Positions 37,581 to 50,706 of a stretch of DNA of 64,000 bases are shown here, piece after piece; positions within the stretch are counted from its first letter, which is position 1, and each line of letters opens with the position of its first letter. The position numbers and the translations under genes are program-made. Under the pieces are notes generated by a model. The model was not told the DNA's origin and searched no databases. It saw only the letters and a list, made by a program, of their open reading frames with translations. The stretch spans positions 11,222,001-11,286,000 of the forward strand of contig NC_087436.1 in the NCBI RefSeq assembly GCF_036321535.1. The letters run 5' to 3'. The DNA is from Camelus dromedarius. Lineage: Eukaryota.

Positions 37581-39229
37581 GGAAGTTTTTGGTATTCTCT
37601 CAAGAAATCCTGTTCTCATAGTTTCTTATCCTGGAATCTTGATGAGAGAGTTTGGATAAGTATATGAAATTTAGAATGTTTATTGTAACCCTAAGACCTT
37701 TTGAAATATACCCATCACATACGCCTCCTGTTGTGAAGTGCAATTAATACAGGTTTAAATGTACATTGTCCTCTGAGTTACTAGAAATACAGAGATACAG
37801 ACACTTTATATTTTCTCCCTAATAAGGATGTTAGAAACGGACTTTCAAACTCTAATCACCCTTAACAAGAAAGTTGTCTCAATGTAACAGCAACTTCCAA
37901 ATCGCCACAGACTGAAGGAAAAAACTCCACTTCCCCTCGGAGCTTTTCCTTGTGCATTTCCCCCCAGATCAGCTGCTTTTATTCAAATAGATTTTCCATT
38001 TTGTGAAGTGATTAAAAGGCAGTAGAGGAGAACTAATCATTGGAGAAGTATGTTGGATAAGAGTTGTGATTAAACTCCCAGTCCTGAAACAGTCAGAGCC
38101 CACACTGCAGTTAATGGCTCACTCTCCTGTCCACTCAGAGAGCAGAAGCCAAACAGAGAAAGATGTTTGCTCAGGAAAGAGACGGAGTCCATCAAGAAAA
38201 TAAGAAGAAAAGATAGGAGAGAAAGAGACTTAAGGAAGATACAGTGTTCCCTATGGGTAAACATTTTATTTTGTTTTACAATGGGCAGGAAAACAACCTA
38301 TTGTTTGTCATTTTCCCAACTATCAGTATTTTAACGGATCAAAGACTAGAGTATTTTATTTTTCTTTGGTTTGACCTGGGAAGCAAGACCAAGGACAGGA
38401 ATTCTGGGTCACTCTATTCCTAAGAAAATCTTTGTATTTCAGACACTCAGGACAGTACCACATTATACAGATGGGTTCAAAATGCCACTTCTGCATTTAT
38501 CCACCCAAATAAAATACTGATTATCTGATGACCTGAAAACCGAAGTAGCTCTTCCTGAGAATAAAACCAACAATGTGTTATTTGTGCTACCTGGAAACAA
38601 AGAATAACCAAAGTTTACAAATCATACAAAAGTCAACGTTACTCAATGGTTTTGAGCGTCTCTCAAACTTAAATCTATTATTTGAAGAGCTAACCAGAAA
38701 CTAGACCAACCAGCTTAAGTTTTAACTTCTTCCTCTTTCAACCCTGAGCCCTTCTGGAAAAGATATAAAACTACAAAGAAAAGACTAGAAGGCTTGCAGA
38801 AAGTAAAACTGGAGAGGAAAATGTGAAAAGACAAGCGAGCTGTGTTTTTTCCCAGTCTCAGACTGGACTCAGCCCGTGTAATCCAGAAGTGACTCTCCCC
38901 TGCCCAGCCTCCGTGCCCACCTGGACCCCACATGCCTTGCTGCTGTGGCTTTAGGTCATTAGGCTTCTGGTCACTGACTTTCTCCTAGAAATTACTTGTG
39001 GCCCCCGCTTCCCCCAAAGTGAGAATTATCTTCCGTGCTCCATCCATTAGTTTTCCACTCACTGCACAAAACTAACACAAACTACTAGAAGGGCTAGGGG
39101 TTCATTTAAAAATACTATTGTCATTCAAACCAGCTTTACAGCAAATGTTAAAGGACCTCCTCTAGTCATCAAACCCTAAGAAAAGAGAACAAAAAGAAGA
39201 AAGAGAAAAAACAAAACAAAACCTACCAA

Positions 39230-39705
39230 AGATGGCCTTGGCAATTCAGGGTCTTTTATGGTTCCATATAAATTTTGGAATTGTTTATTCTAGATCTGTG
39301 AAGAATGTCATGAGTGTTTTGACAAGGGCTGGGTTGGATCTGTGGATTGCTTTGGGCAGTACAGCCATTTTGATAGTGTTGATTCTTCCAATCCAAGAGC
39401 ACAAGCTATCTTTCCATTTCTTTATATCACCTTCAATTTCCTTCATCAATGTTTTACAGGTTAAGTTTATGTCTAGGTATTAGTTGTTTTTGATGCAGTG
39501 GAAATGTTTATACTAGTTATAAAATCCTGGGTTTTGAAGTGAAAAAAAAAAGTGAATGAAGGGCTGCAAATGGCAAAATAATCCTTTTTTATGGGTGAGT
39601 TATATTCCGTTATGCATATATGCTACATCTTCTTTATCCATTCATCTATTGATGTGCACTTAGGATGCTTCCAGATCTTGGCAATTATAAATAATGTTGC
39701 TGTTC
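39230..39705 (-). mobile_element. Two L1 ORF2 fragments
   Basis: ttcagggtcttttatggttccatataaattttggaattg... and gctgcaaatggc...catcttctttatccattcatctattgatg. Confidence 0.85.
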
Positions 39706-40109
39706 AAAAAAAAAAAAACTGTTGGCATCAACTGAGTTATGAAACCATCAAGCCATGTGTGTGCTAGGGAATTAGAAAGAGAACATGGATGCAGCAGCAT
39801 GTGTTTCCAGCCAGACTTCAGGGCTGGGCAAGGAGAAGTTACAGGAGCCACAGATCAAAGAGGCGAAGTAATGATGAAGAGGACCTCTGCTTGCCATTGC
39901 CAGAGCCACAGCCTTCAGGTTTCACGGGGACCAGTAGACTTCAATTACAAGACAGTTTTCTAGATCCCACAGCTCTTCTCACCTGTGATTTGCAAAAACT
40001 GTAGCCGTAGAGAACATGATTTGAATGACTATTTTCTCAATTCATCTGATTGCATGGAACAGTCATATTGATTCATTATGTTAATCGATGCCTTAGGAGA
40101 GGTGGTGAC

Positions 40110-40282
40110 ATACTACTGCCACACAGGCAAAGTCCAGCTGCCTGACTTGTTTTTGTTAATAAAGCTTTACTGTGACCCAGTCACACTCATTCATTGGTCT
40201 ACGGCTGCTTTTGAGCACCCATGGCAGAGTTGAATAGTGACACCAGAAATCACGTGGTCTTCAAAGTTTGTTGACCTCTGCC
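40110..40282. mobile_element. MER58A-like hAT DNA transposon
   Basis: ttttgttaataaagctttactg...cagtcacactcattcatt...tacggctgctttt...ggcagagttgaatagt...gtttgttgacctctg. Confidence 0.7.
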
Positions 40283-41279
40283 ATAGGTAATTAGAGCTTA
40301 ATTCTCTCACAGAATGCCAGTTGAGAAAAGCTTCTGGTATATGACTGAGGCAAAAAAAAAATCCAAGAAAGAAGATGACTCAGATTTACAGGGGGTTAAG
40401 GGATGACGGAATATCTAGACCTGAAAAAAAACTTTTATCACTCTGAATGAGGTGGGGGCACTAAGCAAAAATGTTTTAAATCTTTGCCCATTCTTTCTGC
40501 CCTTTTTTGTATGAGGTCTATGTAAATGTTTTTTTCCAATAATTTCTCTCCTATTAATTTTTCATTTAATTATCATCTGCCTCAGGTTTGTTTTTTTTTT
40601 TTCAATCTGATGTGTCATGCCATCTTTGTCCTTGTTCTAATCATTTCACCTTCTTAGGAAGCTGATTACAAAAATGCTATTCTCTAGCTTGGAAACAATA
40701 TGGATAATGTGACCCCATTTTTTTTAAGACATGAATATACATATAAATTATATATATACAAATTCCTGCTGTACACCAAATTATTTGAAGTGGTTATGTG
40801 TGAATGATTTTATTTCCTTTTTATTATGTATATTGAAATTTTAAATTATATTTCAAATACCCTGGAAAGTATGGAGAAAAAAATACAATAAATGCCTATA
40901 AATTATCAAATGTTAACATTTTACCACATTGGGTTCATAATTTCTTAAAGAAATAAAACACAAATGCATTCTAAAAAGAAAATGGTGTTCTTTGTATGTT
41001 CCTCAGAATTCATTCAACTTTTGAGAGTATGACAATCTTAGGAAAGAAGTCATATTACATAGATGTGGACTACTTAACACCTCATGTTGCTGAAGATGTA
41101 GAGAAACAAATACTCATGCATGACTGGTGAAATTATATGTTGATACAATCTCCATGGAAGGCAGTTTACCAAATATCTAATAAAATCACAAAGGCCTGTC
41201 CCTTTGACCTAGCACTTCTACTTTTAGGAAATTATCCCAGAGATCTACATTACCCAGATATTTTTAAATGATGTATGTA

Positions 41280-41445
41280 TGGTGTTTCCAGGTTTGTGAA
41301 CATGTGGAGATTTGGGGAGAGTGATGTGCTCAGCGACAGCGCTGAAGCTCTGTGCCCTTTCCCCATACCTTGCCTTATGAGTTTCTTCCAAACAACTATT
41401 CTTGAGTTACTCTTTTATAATAAACAGGTAATCCAGTTTTTAAAA
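41280..41445. mobile_element. MER21-like LTR fragment inside an old L1
   Basis: gaacatgtggag...gaagctctgtgccctttccccataccttgccttatg...ttttataataaacaggtaat. Confidence 0.65.
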
Positions 41446-41596
41446 TGCTTAATCCCATCCTATCAGAACCCAAAAGAATGTATTTAATTCCTGAAAGTAG
41501 ATTTAAAAAAAAATTTTTAATTAACACTATAGCTGCCACCAAATTTAAAAACTATATTTTCACTGTTACATGGCCTTTCCCAATAGTATATGACAT

Positions 41597-41999
41597 CTAT
41601 ATTACTTTGCTTGCTGCCATAACAAAATATCACAGACTGGGTGGTTTTAACCAACGGAAATTTATTTTCTCTTCGTTCCGGAGGCCAGAAGTCCAATGTA
41701 AAGCGGTTGGCAGGGTTGGCTTCTCCTGAGGACTACGAGGGAAGCATCTGTTCCCGGCATCTCTTCATGGCTGCCCCTCTGTGTCCTGGTGCCCAATGTC
41801 TCTTCCCCTCCTTGTAAAGGACACCAGTTGTATAGAATTTGGGCAGCCCTCTAACAACTTCACTTTAACTGAATCACTTCCCTAAAGACCTTCTCTCCAA
41901 ATATGGTTGCACTCTGAGGGACTGGAGGTTGGAACTTCAACACGTGAATTTCAGAGCATGGGGTGGGGTGACGGCAGGGACACTATTCAACCCATAACA
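41597..41999. mobile_element. MLT1 (MaLR) LTR
   Basis: gctgccataacaaaatatcacagactgggtggtttt...ggaggccagaagtcc...gacactattcaacccataaca. Confidence 0.88.
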
Positions 42000-43094
42000 A
42001 CATCCTAAAATGATTTGCACTTCCAAAGATACAGGACTTCTAAGTAAATTAATTCTGACCCACCCTCCCATCCCCAAAGGCTCCCAAAGGCACTCTGTAA
42101 ATAAGTGGATGGTTACATCAGAATCGTTTGGGAAGCATTTTAAAAGTGCAAACATTCAAGCCTCACCCCCTACCCCCACCCCTGGAAGTTTGATTTAATA
42201 GGTCTAAGTGAAACCTGGGAATTTGCACTTTTGAGAAGTCCAGGAGACTCTGTCATGCTGTCACACTTAGGAAGTCCCATTTTATGGAATTTCTCCCACC
42301 TTGAAGCATCAATACAAGGAAACATTTGTAGGACATTGTCACTGCTTCATACGAGACTTCAAAAAGGACAAGCAAATTAGAGGCCAGACTGCATAAGATT
42401 TTAAAAATTAAATTCAGAAACTAAAAAATTTTAAATGAGCTTTTATTAGTAAAGTAATCAAGTTATTAATGAAATAAGAAGGGACTTCCTACCCACACTG
42501 AAGATTTCAAATTACCTTTCAGTGAGGAAAAAGGCATTCTCCAAAGGAGAGGTAGAAACTGGCGCAGAAAATCATAAATAAAATAATTTGTAGGTATGGA
42601 TGGAAATCTGTACACCTTGGACCACAAATTTATGTCTACAGGAGGAGTGATAAAATTTCAACCCCAGAGGTTTAACCCTTTGGTCGAACCTCACCCAGTT
42701 CCCTGGAAATGGTCCATGTAGGATGTTAGGATCTTAGGCAGTCGTGTGTGCTCTGGGCTGGGGAGGGGTGCTTGAATGAGTATCTCATAATATACCTAGA
42801 TTCTTTGAAAGAACTAATAACTCTCTTAATACCTGGCAGAGGAGATTCAGTTACTCCTTGAGGGTCACTGGAAAGCAGGGGACCCTGGCTGCAGAGGCCC
42901 CTAAGGTGGGAGTTGTGGAGTATCAACCAACATCTTTCCAACCAAGGACTCAAGATTGACCCCACTTTTGTTTAGGTCCTGTGACTAGAAGCAGGGCTGT
43001 TGGGGAAGGGAGCAGAGGAGGAAATTATGTACATTTCAAAACAACAACAACAAAAAGAAAATAGCACAAAAGGTTACATTTTCAACAGATACAT

Positions 43095-43720
43095 TTGTTT
43101 TTTTAAATTTATTCAAGTGTAGTTGATTTACAGTGACAGATTCAGGTGTACAGCAAAGCAATTCAGTTATACAGATAACATACATATAGAAAACATATAT
43201 TTTCAGATTATTTTCCATTATATGTTATTACAAGAAATTGAATATAGTTCCCTGTGCTATACAGTAGGTCCTTGTTTATTTTATATATAGTAGTGTGTCT
43301 CAAAACATACTTTTAAAAAAATTTTTTTGATAGCAACACACAATACAAAGTTTATTTTCACTGCAACCTAGTCACAGGTAAGTACATACATTCATAATAT
43401 ATTAGTGAAGGAAACTATTCACAAAGCCATTATTATATTAGCTTCTTTTTTTTATTGAAGTCTAGTCAGTTTACAATGTGTCAATTTCTAGTGTACAGCA
43501 TGTTTCAGTCATACATGTACATACACATATGTCTTCAGATTCTTTTTCAAAATAAATTACTGTAAGATACTGAATATAGCTCCCTGTGCTATACAGTATA
43601 AACTTGTTGTTTATTTTATGTATAGTAGTTAGTATCTGCTAATCTCAAACTCCCAATTTATCCCTTCCCACCCTCTTCCCGCCCTGGTAACCATAAGTTT
43701 GTTTTCTATGTCTGTGAATC
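43095..43720 (-). mobile_element. Two adjacent L1 3'-tail insertions (~43095-43300 and ~43445-43720)
   Basis: Each has ...caggtgtacagc/tagtgtacagc...gaatatag(t/c)tccctgtgctatacagta, the L1 3' UTR reverse complement. Confidence 0.88.
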
Positions 43721-46700
43721 TCAACAGATACATTCTAAATAAAAGTCTGGAAAAGACAGGATGACCTCAGAGTCTTCTAGAAAGAAACAGAACATGCTTC
43801 ACTGTCCCCCTCGACAGTCTAAGCCCTGGAATCAGTTCTATGTAGGAAACTCAAGCTGCTTCTTACAGGCGCAGTGCAGGAACTGAGTCATGACTGAGAA
43901 CTGATGAAGGCTTGTCAGCCACAGCAAACCCTTTTTATTACGAAAAAATTCCTTTGCACTCAGGAAAGCATGAGCACTTTGCTGTCACTGCTATTTTTAC
44001 TGTGGTTTAATTAACAAAACTTAACAACTGAGACCACATGGAGAACACATGTGAGTCCCCTGTAGACCAATTTATACTGGCTTCTCAGCCAGGAATTTTC
44101 ATGGGTCAAACAAGAGTAATTTCACTAATTATATCCTGGCATCACGTTGTACGAAAAGAATTCAGAAAAAAAAGAAAGATCTGTAATTTTGATTAAATAT
44201 TCCAATTAAATTATTGCAATAAATACAAAAATATCTTCCTTGGCCTAATCATGTAAGAAATTTAAAGTTAACTATCTAAAAAAAAGCCTCCATTAATCTT
44301 AATTTCTCAGTATATGTTATCGGATATATACTCATTTGAGTTAGAGTTTTTTCCAGGATTCCTAAAATGAATTATAACATTTTGCATCTTGTATGTTAGA
44401 GATTAGAAACCATAATAAAAACTAGGCTTTGTGCCATGTACAAAACAAAGCATAATCTTTCTCATTTTATCTTCAGTATGTCTTCCATTACTCATAAAAT
44501 TACTTTCCTATGTCTTTCCTTATACTTTTGAGACTCCAAGGACCTTAGAGGTCTAATCCAGCCACTTCGCCTCTCTCTGGCGTCACCACCCACACCCACT
44601 TCTCATCAGACACAGGGATCCCCAGGAGCACTGGCTCCCTTCCCTTGTTCTCCACCAGGTCCAACAACAGGGTGATCTCAAAAATGTGTTCACTTCAGCC
44701 ATCCCCCAACATCCTCCATCCCACAACACACACACCTTAAAACTCTTCAATGTCTTTCCACCCTGTTCATGATAAAGCTAAACTCAGCCAGCAAAGCCCT
44801 CCAAAATCTGTGTCTTCCTCTCAGACCATGTTCACCTTCACTCCCGGTCTTGGCCCTGTTGACCGTCTTTAAGTCCCGACACTCCCTAGGCTGTGTCTAC
44901 CTCCTGCTCCCATGTCCTCCTGCCCCCAGTGCTCTTTCCTCCCTCTCGGCCTGTCTCATCACTCAAGGTAATTTTCAGAGATGCTGATGTCTTATGACTG
45001 GAATAAATCCCCAGTCAATTCTATTTGAATTTCCTGCTAATAGGCTTGTCTTAATGAAACCCTAACTCCAGCTCCACTGACTAAAATACTTTCACAAAGT
45101 TGGTATAAAATATGATTCTATTCAAAATTTTTTTTGTTCTTGTTGTTTGTTTCTGTTTTTAAAAGCATGAGACTCCCCCTCCACTTGGATAAAAGTAAAG
45201 CAAATGTTCACATGTGGCAGGTTTTTCATTTGTAAGATGCCTGACTCGCCATCCTATGAAGGGGCAACGGCATGATGGCAAACATCTGCCGGATGTCGTT
45301 TCCAGGTGGGAAGGAAGATCCAGTGTGCCAAGGCTTCCCCGAGCCTGGTGTGAAATCTGTCTGTGGTTACCCTGCACCACAGTCAGGAAAGAGACCGCAC
45401 ATCCTTTGATCTTTTGAGTCAGAAGTGCATCTAAAGAAACCGAGCCCCTGTCCACCTGAGAAACAGGTGTCCTGGTGGATATTAAGGGTGGGGGCGGAGA
45501 AGGGAGAGGGAGGAGGAAAGAAGTGGGAGGAGGTAGAGGGCAGGAAGAGTTTCTTTCTCTTTTACTGGATCTGAAACATGAGCTTTTCCAAGAACTAAGA
45601 CATTTGTAAAAGGCCCTCTGATGTCTTATCAATGTTTACTTATCTTTCTTAGTTAATGACGGTGGCCAGGGACAGTAGTTAAATAAACCTCATATCATTG
45701 TTTCAGTGGCCCCTAAATGAGTGGCAAAAGGTCTGGGAATGCAGGTTGATAGACTCCACATTTTTCCACAGTAATTTAATGAAGACTGTTTAAAGCATCT
45801 GTAGAGACTGGCACTAAATTGACTTGTAAATTTATTGAGTGCTTTTGAATATTGCCTTGGGGGTCCTGTCTTAAAGAAATATATCAAATATTTCTGGTGG
45901 TGAAGTAGTCACATTCATTTATTTGACTTTGATGGAAGAACTGTAATGATTTATTTGTTCTTTGAAAGCATGAAGGTAAGTATAATCTGAATAAAACATC
46001 ATTAAAAACTGAGTTTATCTGACTAAGCTGTATACCAGAAACTAACACAGCACTGTAAACCAACTATACTTCAGTTAAAAACAAAAACAAAAAACCTGGG
46101 TTTAGCTGAATCTAGGAACACATTCTATCTTAACTTCAGTATCAGATGAGTCTCTGTCAGGATCAGGGACTCACAGTAAATGTTACTGGATTATATTCAT
46201 ATCACAAAGCTTATGATGGAAATCTAAATTTTTTTTAATAAATATCTTTCATTTCTTCTTAATTTCCAAGTTTTGATAATTTATCAAATAGACCACTGTG
46301 CTTTTTTCTGGTCTCTAAAATGATTGTTTCAAACTAGATTTTTGTGGACTCATGAGCAAAAATAAAAGGATTCAGAGTCAAATTTGATAACTGATAACCT
46401 GATAACTAAAATCAACAATTCCTAGAATAAAAATGTCAAATATCTAATGCAGATAAGAGCACTGGGTTGTAACACATGAAACCACACATGCACTGAGGCC
46501 TTTGACCTTAGCTGCCGCTCATTGTGCAAAAACTTGTCATTTTCAAAAGCATCCATATGTGTAACATAAAACTGAAAATTAAAAGAGTTTTTCATAATAT
46601 AAAGAAAAGATCCATTCAAATGTGGTTATTACCATCACATATGGTAATAACAGAGTAATTCCAAAGGCATGTTTGTGATGACTTTGAGGTATAAAGCAGT

Positions 46701-47004
46701 TAAAATTTTTCTCATAGCAACGAATGGATCATTTTTAATAAGACCAAGACTAGTTATTTTACCTGCCATTTCAGGCTACTCTGTGCTAAGCCACACTGTC
46801 ATTTTACTACTTAATCTTGCAAGGCCTCAATGTGAGGGACAAGAAATCTCATATGTGATGTGGAATTTTGTCTTACGGCTCACTGAAGGGGAAAAACTTC
46901 AGATTATTCATACAAAATGCATTTGGAGAGGATAAAAAAATCAAGACGTTAGGGTCTACCTTGTATTTGGCTGTTCAGTAGTTTTTTTTAAAAATAATAA
47001 TGTA

Positions 47005-47160
47005 TGTGAGAGGGTAGAGCTCAGAGGAAGAGTGCATGCTCAGCATGCATGAGGTTCTGGGTTTAATCCCTAATACCCCCATTAAAAATTAAATAACTAA
47101 ATAAACCTAATTACTCCCTCCAAAAAAAATTTAAAAAATAAAAATGCATATTAATAATAA
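47005..47160 (+). mobile_element. Vic-1-type SINE
   Basis: gagggtagagctcagaggaagagtgcatgctcagcatgcatgaggttctgggtttaatccc followed by a tail. Confidence 0.88.
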
Positions 47161-47969
47161 AGTAATGGCAACCTGTCCATACACGTAACTTAATCACAAA
47201 ATCTACTGTCAAAGTATTTCCTGGTTTGTTACTTGAAAAAACTTTTACTTTCATTTACTCAGTTAAAAGGTAAACAAGCACATACTAACATCAGAAAAGT
47301 TTTGTGTTCAGGGAATGTAGAAACAAAGGAACCATAATCCCTAAATTCCCGTGTGTCCTGACAGCTTCCTAGTCACTTTATTCCTTCTCGTGGTAGATGC
47401 CTTAATTAATACCAGGTAACCACTGCACATACAAAGGGGGCTTTAAGCTCTTGGAGGACCCAATTCATACCTGCAAACATTCACATACAAACTCAGAGCA
47501 CATTCAGAAAAATAAGTGGTCCCCTAGTTTAAAAGTATGCAGCGTCCCAGTATTTGCACAGGCCAGAAAAGCTCCATAAAATATTGATGAAAAGATCTCT
47601 CAGTTTCCCAAAAGTGAGCCTCAGATGGGGAAATGTCAGCCCTTCTTCAACAGGTGAGTAAATCTGTCAGGATTATGTTTGAGGGGCGGGGGCGGGAGAC
47701 GTATTAAAGACACGTCGAGTGACTCAGAGGTAAAATTTCCCAACTTAAATTTAAACTAGTTTGAATATTTTCAAAAGAGGACATGCTGCTTGTCAGAAGA
47801 ACTGGTTTCAGAGTTAAAACAGATTCCAGAAGAGTCCAGAAGATTATTCACTAAGTAATGTATTGACACCCCAAATTCTGAGAAAACAGGAAAGAACACG
47901 ATGCATTTAAGGGCCCAACTTCTGACCAGAGAAAGACATTACATGGACCTAAAGATACAAAACACTTCA

Positions 47970-48110
47970 TTTTTTTTTCCTACTTTTTTTTTTTGGTGGG
48001 GGGGAGTAGGTTTATTTATTTATTTTTTTTAATGGAGGTACTGGGGATTGAATCCAGGACCTCGTGCCTGCTAAGCATGGGCTCTGCCACTGAGCTATAC
48101 TCTCTCCCCA
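47970..48110 (-). mobile_element. Vic-1-type SINE
   Basis: ggaggtactggggattgaatccaggacctcgtgcctgctaagcatggg...; TSD caaaacacttc. Confidence 0.93.
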
Positions 48111-48282
48111 CCAAAACACTTCTTTTATAAAAACATCTGTTTCCCCATATGTGAGGCTGCCTGGGAAGCCTCAGAGACTGACCACTGTTCCCTTCTGGGA
48201 AAGCACACTCCTTTCCAGAATGTATCACACTCTCAAAACCATTTTTCTAGTAGTATGTTATTATTTAAAATAACTTCATTAT

Positions 48283-48317
48283 ATTGCTTCTTGGCCTTTT
48301 GGCTAAGATCAAGTGTA
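48283..48317 (+). pseudogene. U2 snRNA 5' fragment retrocopy (nt 1-35), tailless
   Basis: ATTGCTTCTTGGCCTTTTGGCTAAGATCAAGTGTA versus U2 ATCGCTTCTCGGCCTTTTGGCTAAGATCAAGTGTA: only two differences, both CpG>TpG. Flanked by a degenerate 16-bp TSD. Confidence 0.92.
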
Positions 48318-49277
48318 AAATACTTTTATTATTTTTATTATTTTATATTTTATGTTTGTATTTTATAAAAATAAGTAAATTATTAAATGCCTGCTGTCCC
48401 TGAGACTATGGACCAGCTGCTGCATCTCTCCCAGCCTGTCTTTTTTTCCTCATGGGGAAGATGAGGATCACAATTAACAGCCAGTTCCTACTACTGTTGA
48501 AAAGTGTAAAAGTGTATAAAGCTCAGTGACTGGTCCACAGGAAAAGACCAGAAAATGGTAGCCATTATCAATATCCAGATAGTTCTTCTATGCCCATGGC
48601 TTACTTTCAGTTTCCAGGGCAATTTTGTTTGTGTTATTTAAATCCGTTACTACTTCTATACAACAAAAGACAGAAAAAAATAAAGTTCTTCTTTAGAACT
48701 ATTTCTTCCTTGTTGCAACAAAATGCCCTTAACCATTTGTGTGCATAGTAGACACACAAAAGGACCTCCAGGATCACTCAAATGCCAGATAATTTAAACT
48801 CCTTTTCCCATTGCCATAAACTGTGAGCAGTGAGGAAAGCATTTGTATTTAGTCAAGTGATATTACTGCTGAGACCTGGGAAATCTGAAAGCAGCTGGAA
48901 GGCACAATGGAAAGAAACCGTGTAGGCGACAGCCCTGACCAGCAATACTAAAACCAGCCATGCTCAGTCCTGTTCAGGCAGCAGGAAAGCCAAGCAGAGC
49001 AGCTGATGGGAAGCTTTGCTTTATTTGGAACAAGGGAGTACTATTCAAAGGGCTAAGGTGCTCAGGACTATATAGGTATGGGTACATGGCGATCATGACA
49101 GCAGTACTGTAGACCATATGATTGGAAGCAAAGGAGCAGTGTGCCTTTCTCACTAATTTGCAAACTTCCCAGCCTAAACCACAGGACCGGGATTTCATTA
49201 CAGCTGTGATTATTCCACTGGAAAAGGCCATAGCTCTGTTTACCTTGGCTGTTTCATGCCTTCCCAGCAGAGTTTTT

Positions 49278-49418
49278 AAAATGATTTTTAAAAAAATTTT
49301 TTTTTGGTGGGGGTGGTAATTAAGTTTATTTATTTATTTATTTAATGGAGGTACTGGGGATTGAACCCAGGACCCTGTGCATGCTAAGCATGTGTTCTAT
49401 CACTACCTTCCACCACCC
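49278..49418 (-). mobile_element. Vic-1-type SINE
   Basis: ggaggtactggggattgaacccaggaccctgtgcatgctaagcatgtg. Confidence 0.9.
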
Positions 49419-49685
49419 AGCACTATGTTTATCATTGTGGATGCTAACTGTTATTCACATTAAAAATAAGGATGCCTCAAAGTCAAAGGAAACTATGACA
49501 AAAGGGTTTAGAAGAAAGCCAAAAAAATGTACGTACAATATACATTATCCAGGAAATAGATGAAGCCATCCCCACTTTAAAAAATCATACTAATTACATG
49601 GTGTGACCACTCTATTCCTATAACCATACAGGACTTGGTATACATTCCATGAGTACAGGAGAATAATTCAAGAATTGTCACTGTC

Positions 49686-50706
49686 CAAGAGCTTAATTTC
49701 TAGAATATATAAACAGCTCATACAACTTAATAACAAAAAAAGCAAACAACCCAATCCAAAAATGGGCAGAAGACCTAAACAAGCATTTCTCCAGTGAAGA
49801 CATACAAAGGGCCAATAGGCACATGAAAAAATGCTCAGTATCGCTAATTATCAGAGAAATGCAAATCAAAACTACAATGAGATATCACCTCACACCAGTC
49901 AGAATGGCCATCATTCAAAAGTCCACAAACAATAAACGCTGGAGAGAGTGTGGAGAAGAGGGAAACCTTCTACACTGTTGGCGGGAATGTAGTTTGGTGC
50001 AGTCATTATGGAAAACAGTATGGAGATTGCTCAAAAGACTAAAAATAGACTTAGCATATGATCCAGCAATCCCACTCCTGGGCACATATCCAAAGGGAAC
50101 CTTAATTCAAAAAAATACATGCACCCCAATGTTCATAGCAGCACTATTTACAATAGCCAAGACATGGAAACAACCTAAATGTCCGTCAACAGAGGACTGG
50201 ATAAAGTAGTGGTATATTTATACAATGGAGTACTACTCAGCCATAAAAAAGAATAAAATAATGTCTTTTGCAACAACGTGAATGGAACTGGAGAATGTCA
50301 TTCTAAGTGAAGTAAGTCAGAAAGAGAAAGAAAAATACCATATGATATCACTTATACATGGAAACTAGAAAAAAAAAAGACACACTTACTTACAAAACAG
50401 AGACAGACTGACAGACATAATAAACAAATTTATGGTTACCAGGGGAAAAGGGGTGGGAAGGGATAAATTAGGAGGTCCAGATTTGCAGATACTAACTACG
50501 ATATATAAAATAGATAAACAACAAGTTTATACTGATTAGCACAGGGAGCTATATTCAGTATCTTGTAGGTTAACTTACGGTTAAAAAGAATATGAAAATG
50601 AATATATGTATGTTCCTGTATGACTGAAGTATTGTGCTGTACACCAGAAATTGACACAATACTATAAACTGACTGTACTTCAATAAAAAATATATTTTAA
50701 AAAAAG
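49686..50706 (+). mobile_element. Young 5'-truncated L1 (~1 kb)
   Basis: ORF 49823-50209 is the L1 ORF2 C-terminal region ([19 protein letters not shown]...YDPAIPLLG...[14 protein letters not shown]). Full 3' UTR and A tail. Exact TSD GAATTGTCACTGTC (49672-49685 / 50707-50720). Confidence 0.97.

Larger units (their letters stand above)
35433..38590 (+). other. SMIM31: Putative SMIM31 3' UTR (end uncertain)
   Basis: Follows the stop codon. Candidate poly(A) signals AATAAA at 35929-35934, 36034-36039 (SINE tail), 38508-38513 and 38560-38565; the last is followed by GU-rich tgtgttatttgtg. The true end cannot be determined from sequence alone. Confidence 0.4.

Noticed and set aside
45159..45632. 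Longest ORF in the track (157 aa, minus strand)
   Set aside because: Low-complexity Pro/Ser stretch from a purine-rich tract, no ATG at the listed start, no recognisable homology or splice support.
49823..50209. 128-aa ORF with protein-like sequence (also 14928-15170 and the 61247-62687 ORFs)
   Set aside because: L1 ORF2 C-terminal remnants in 5'-truncated, stop- or frameshift-containing copies; not host genes or active elements.
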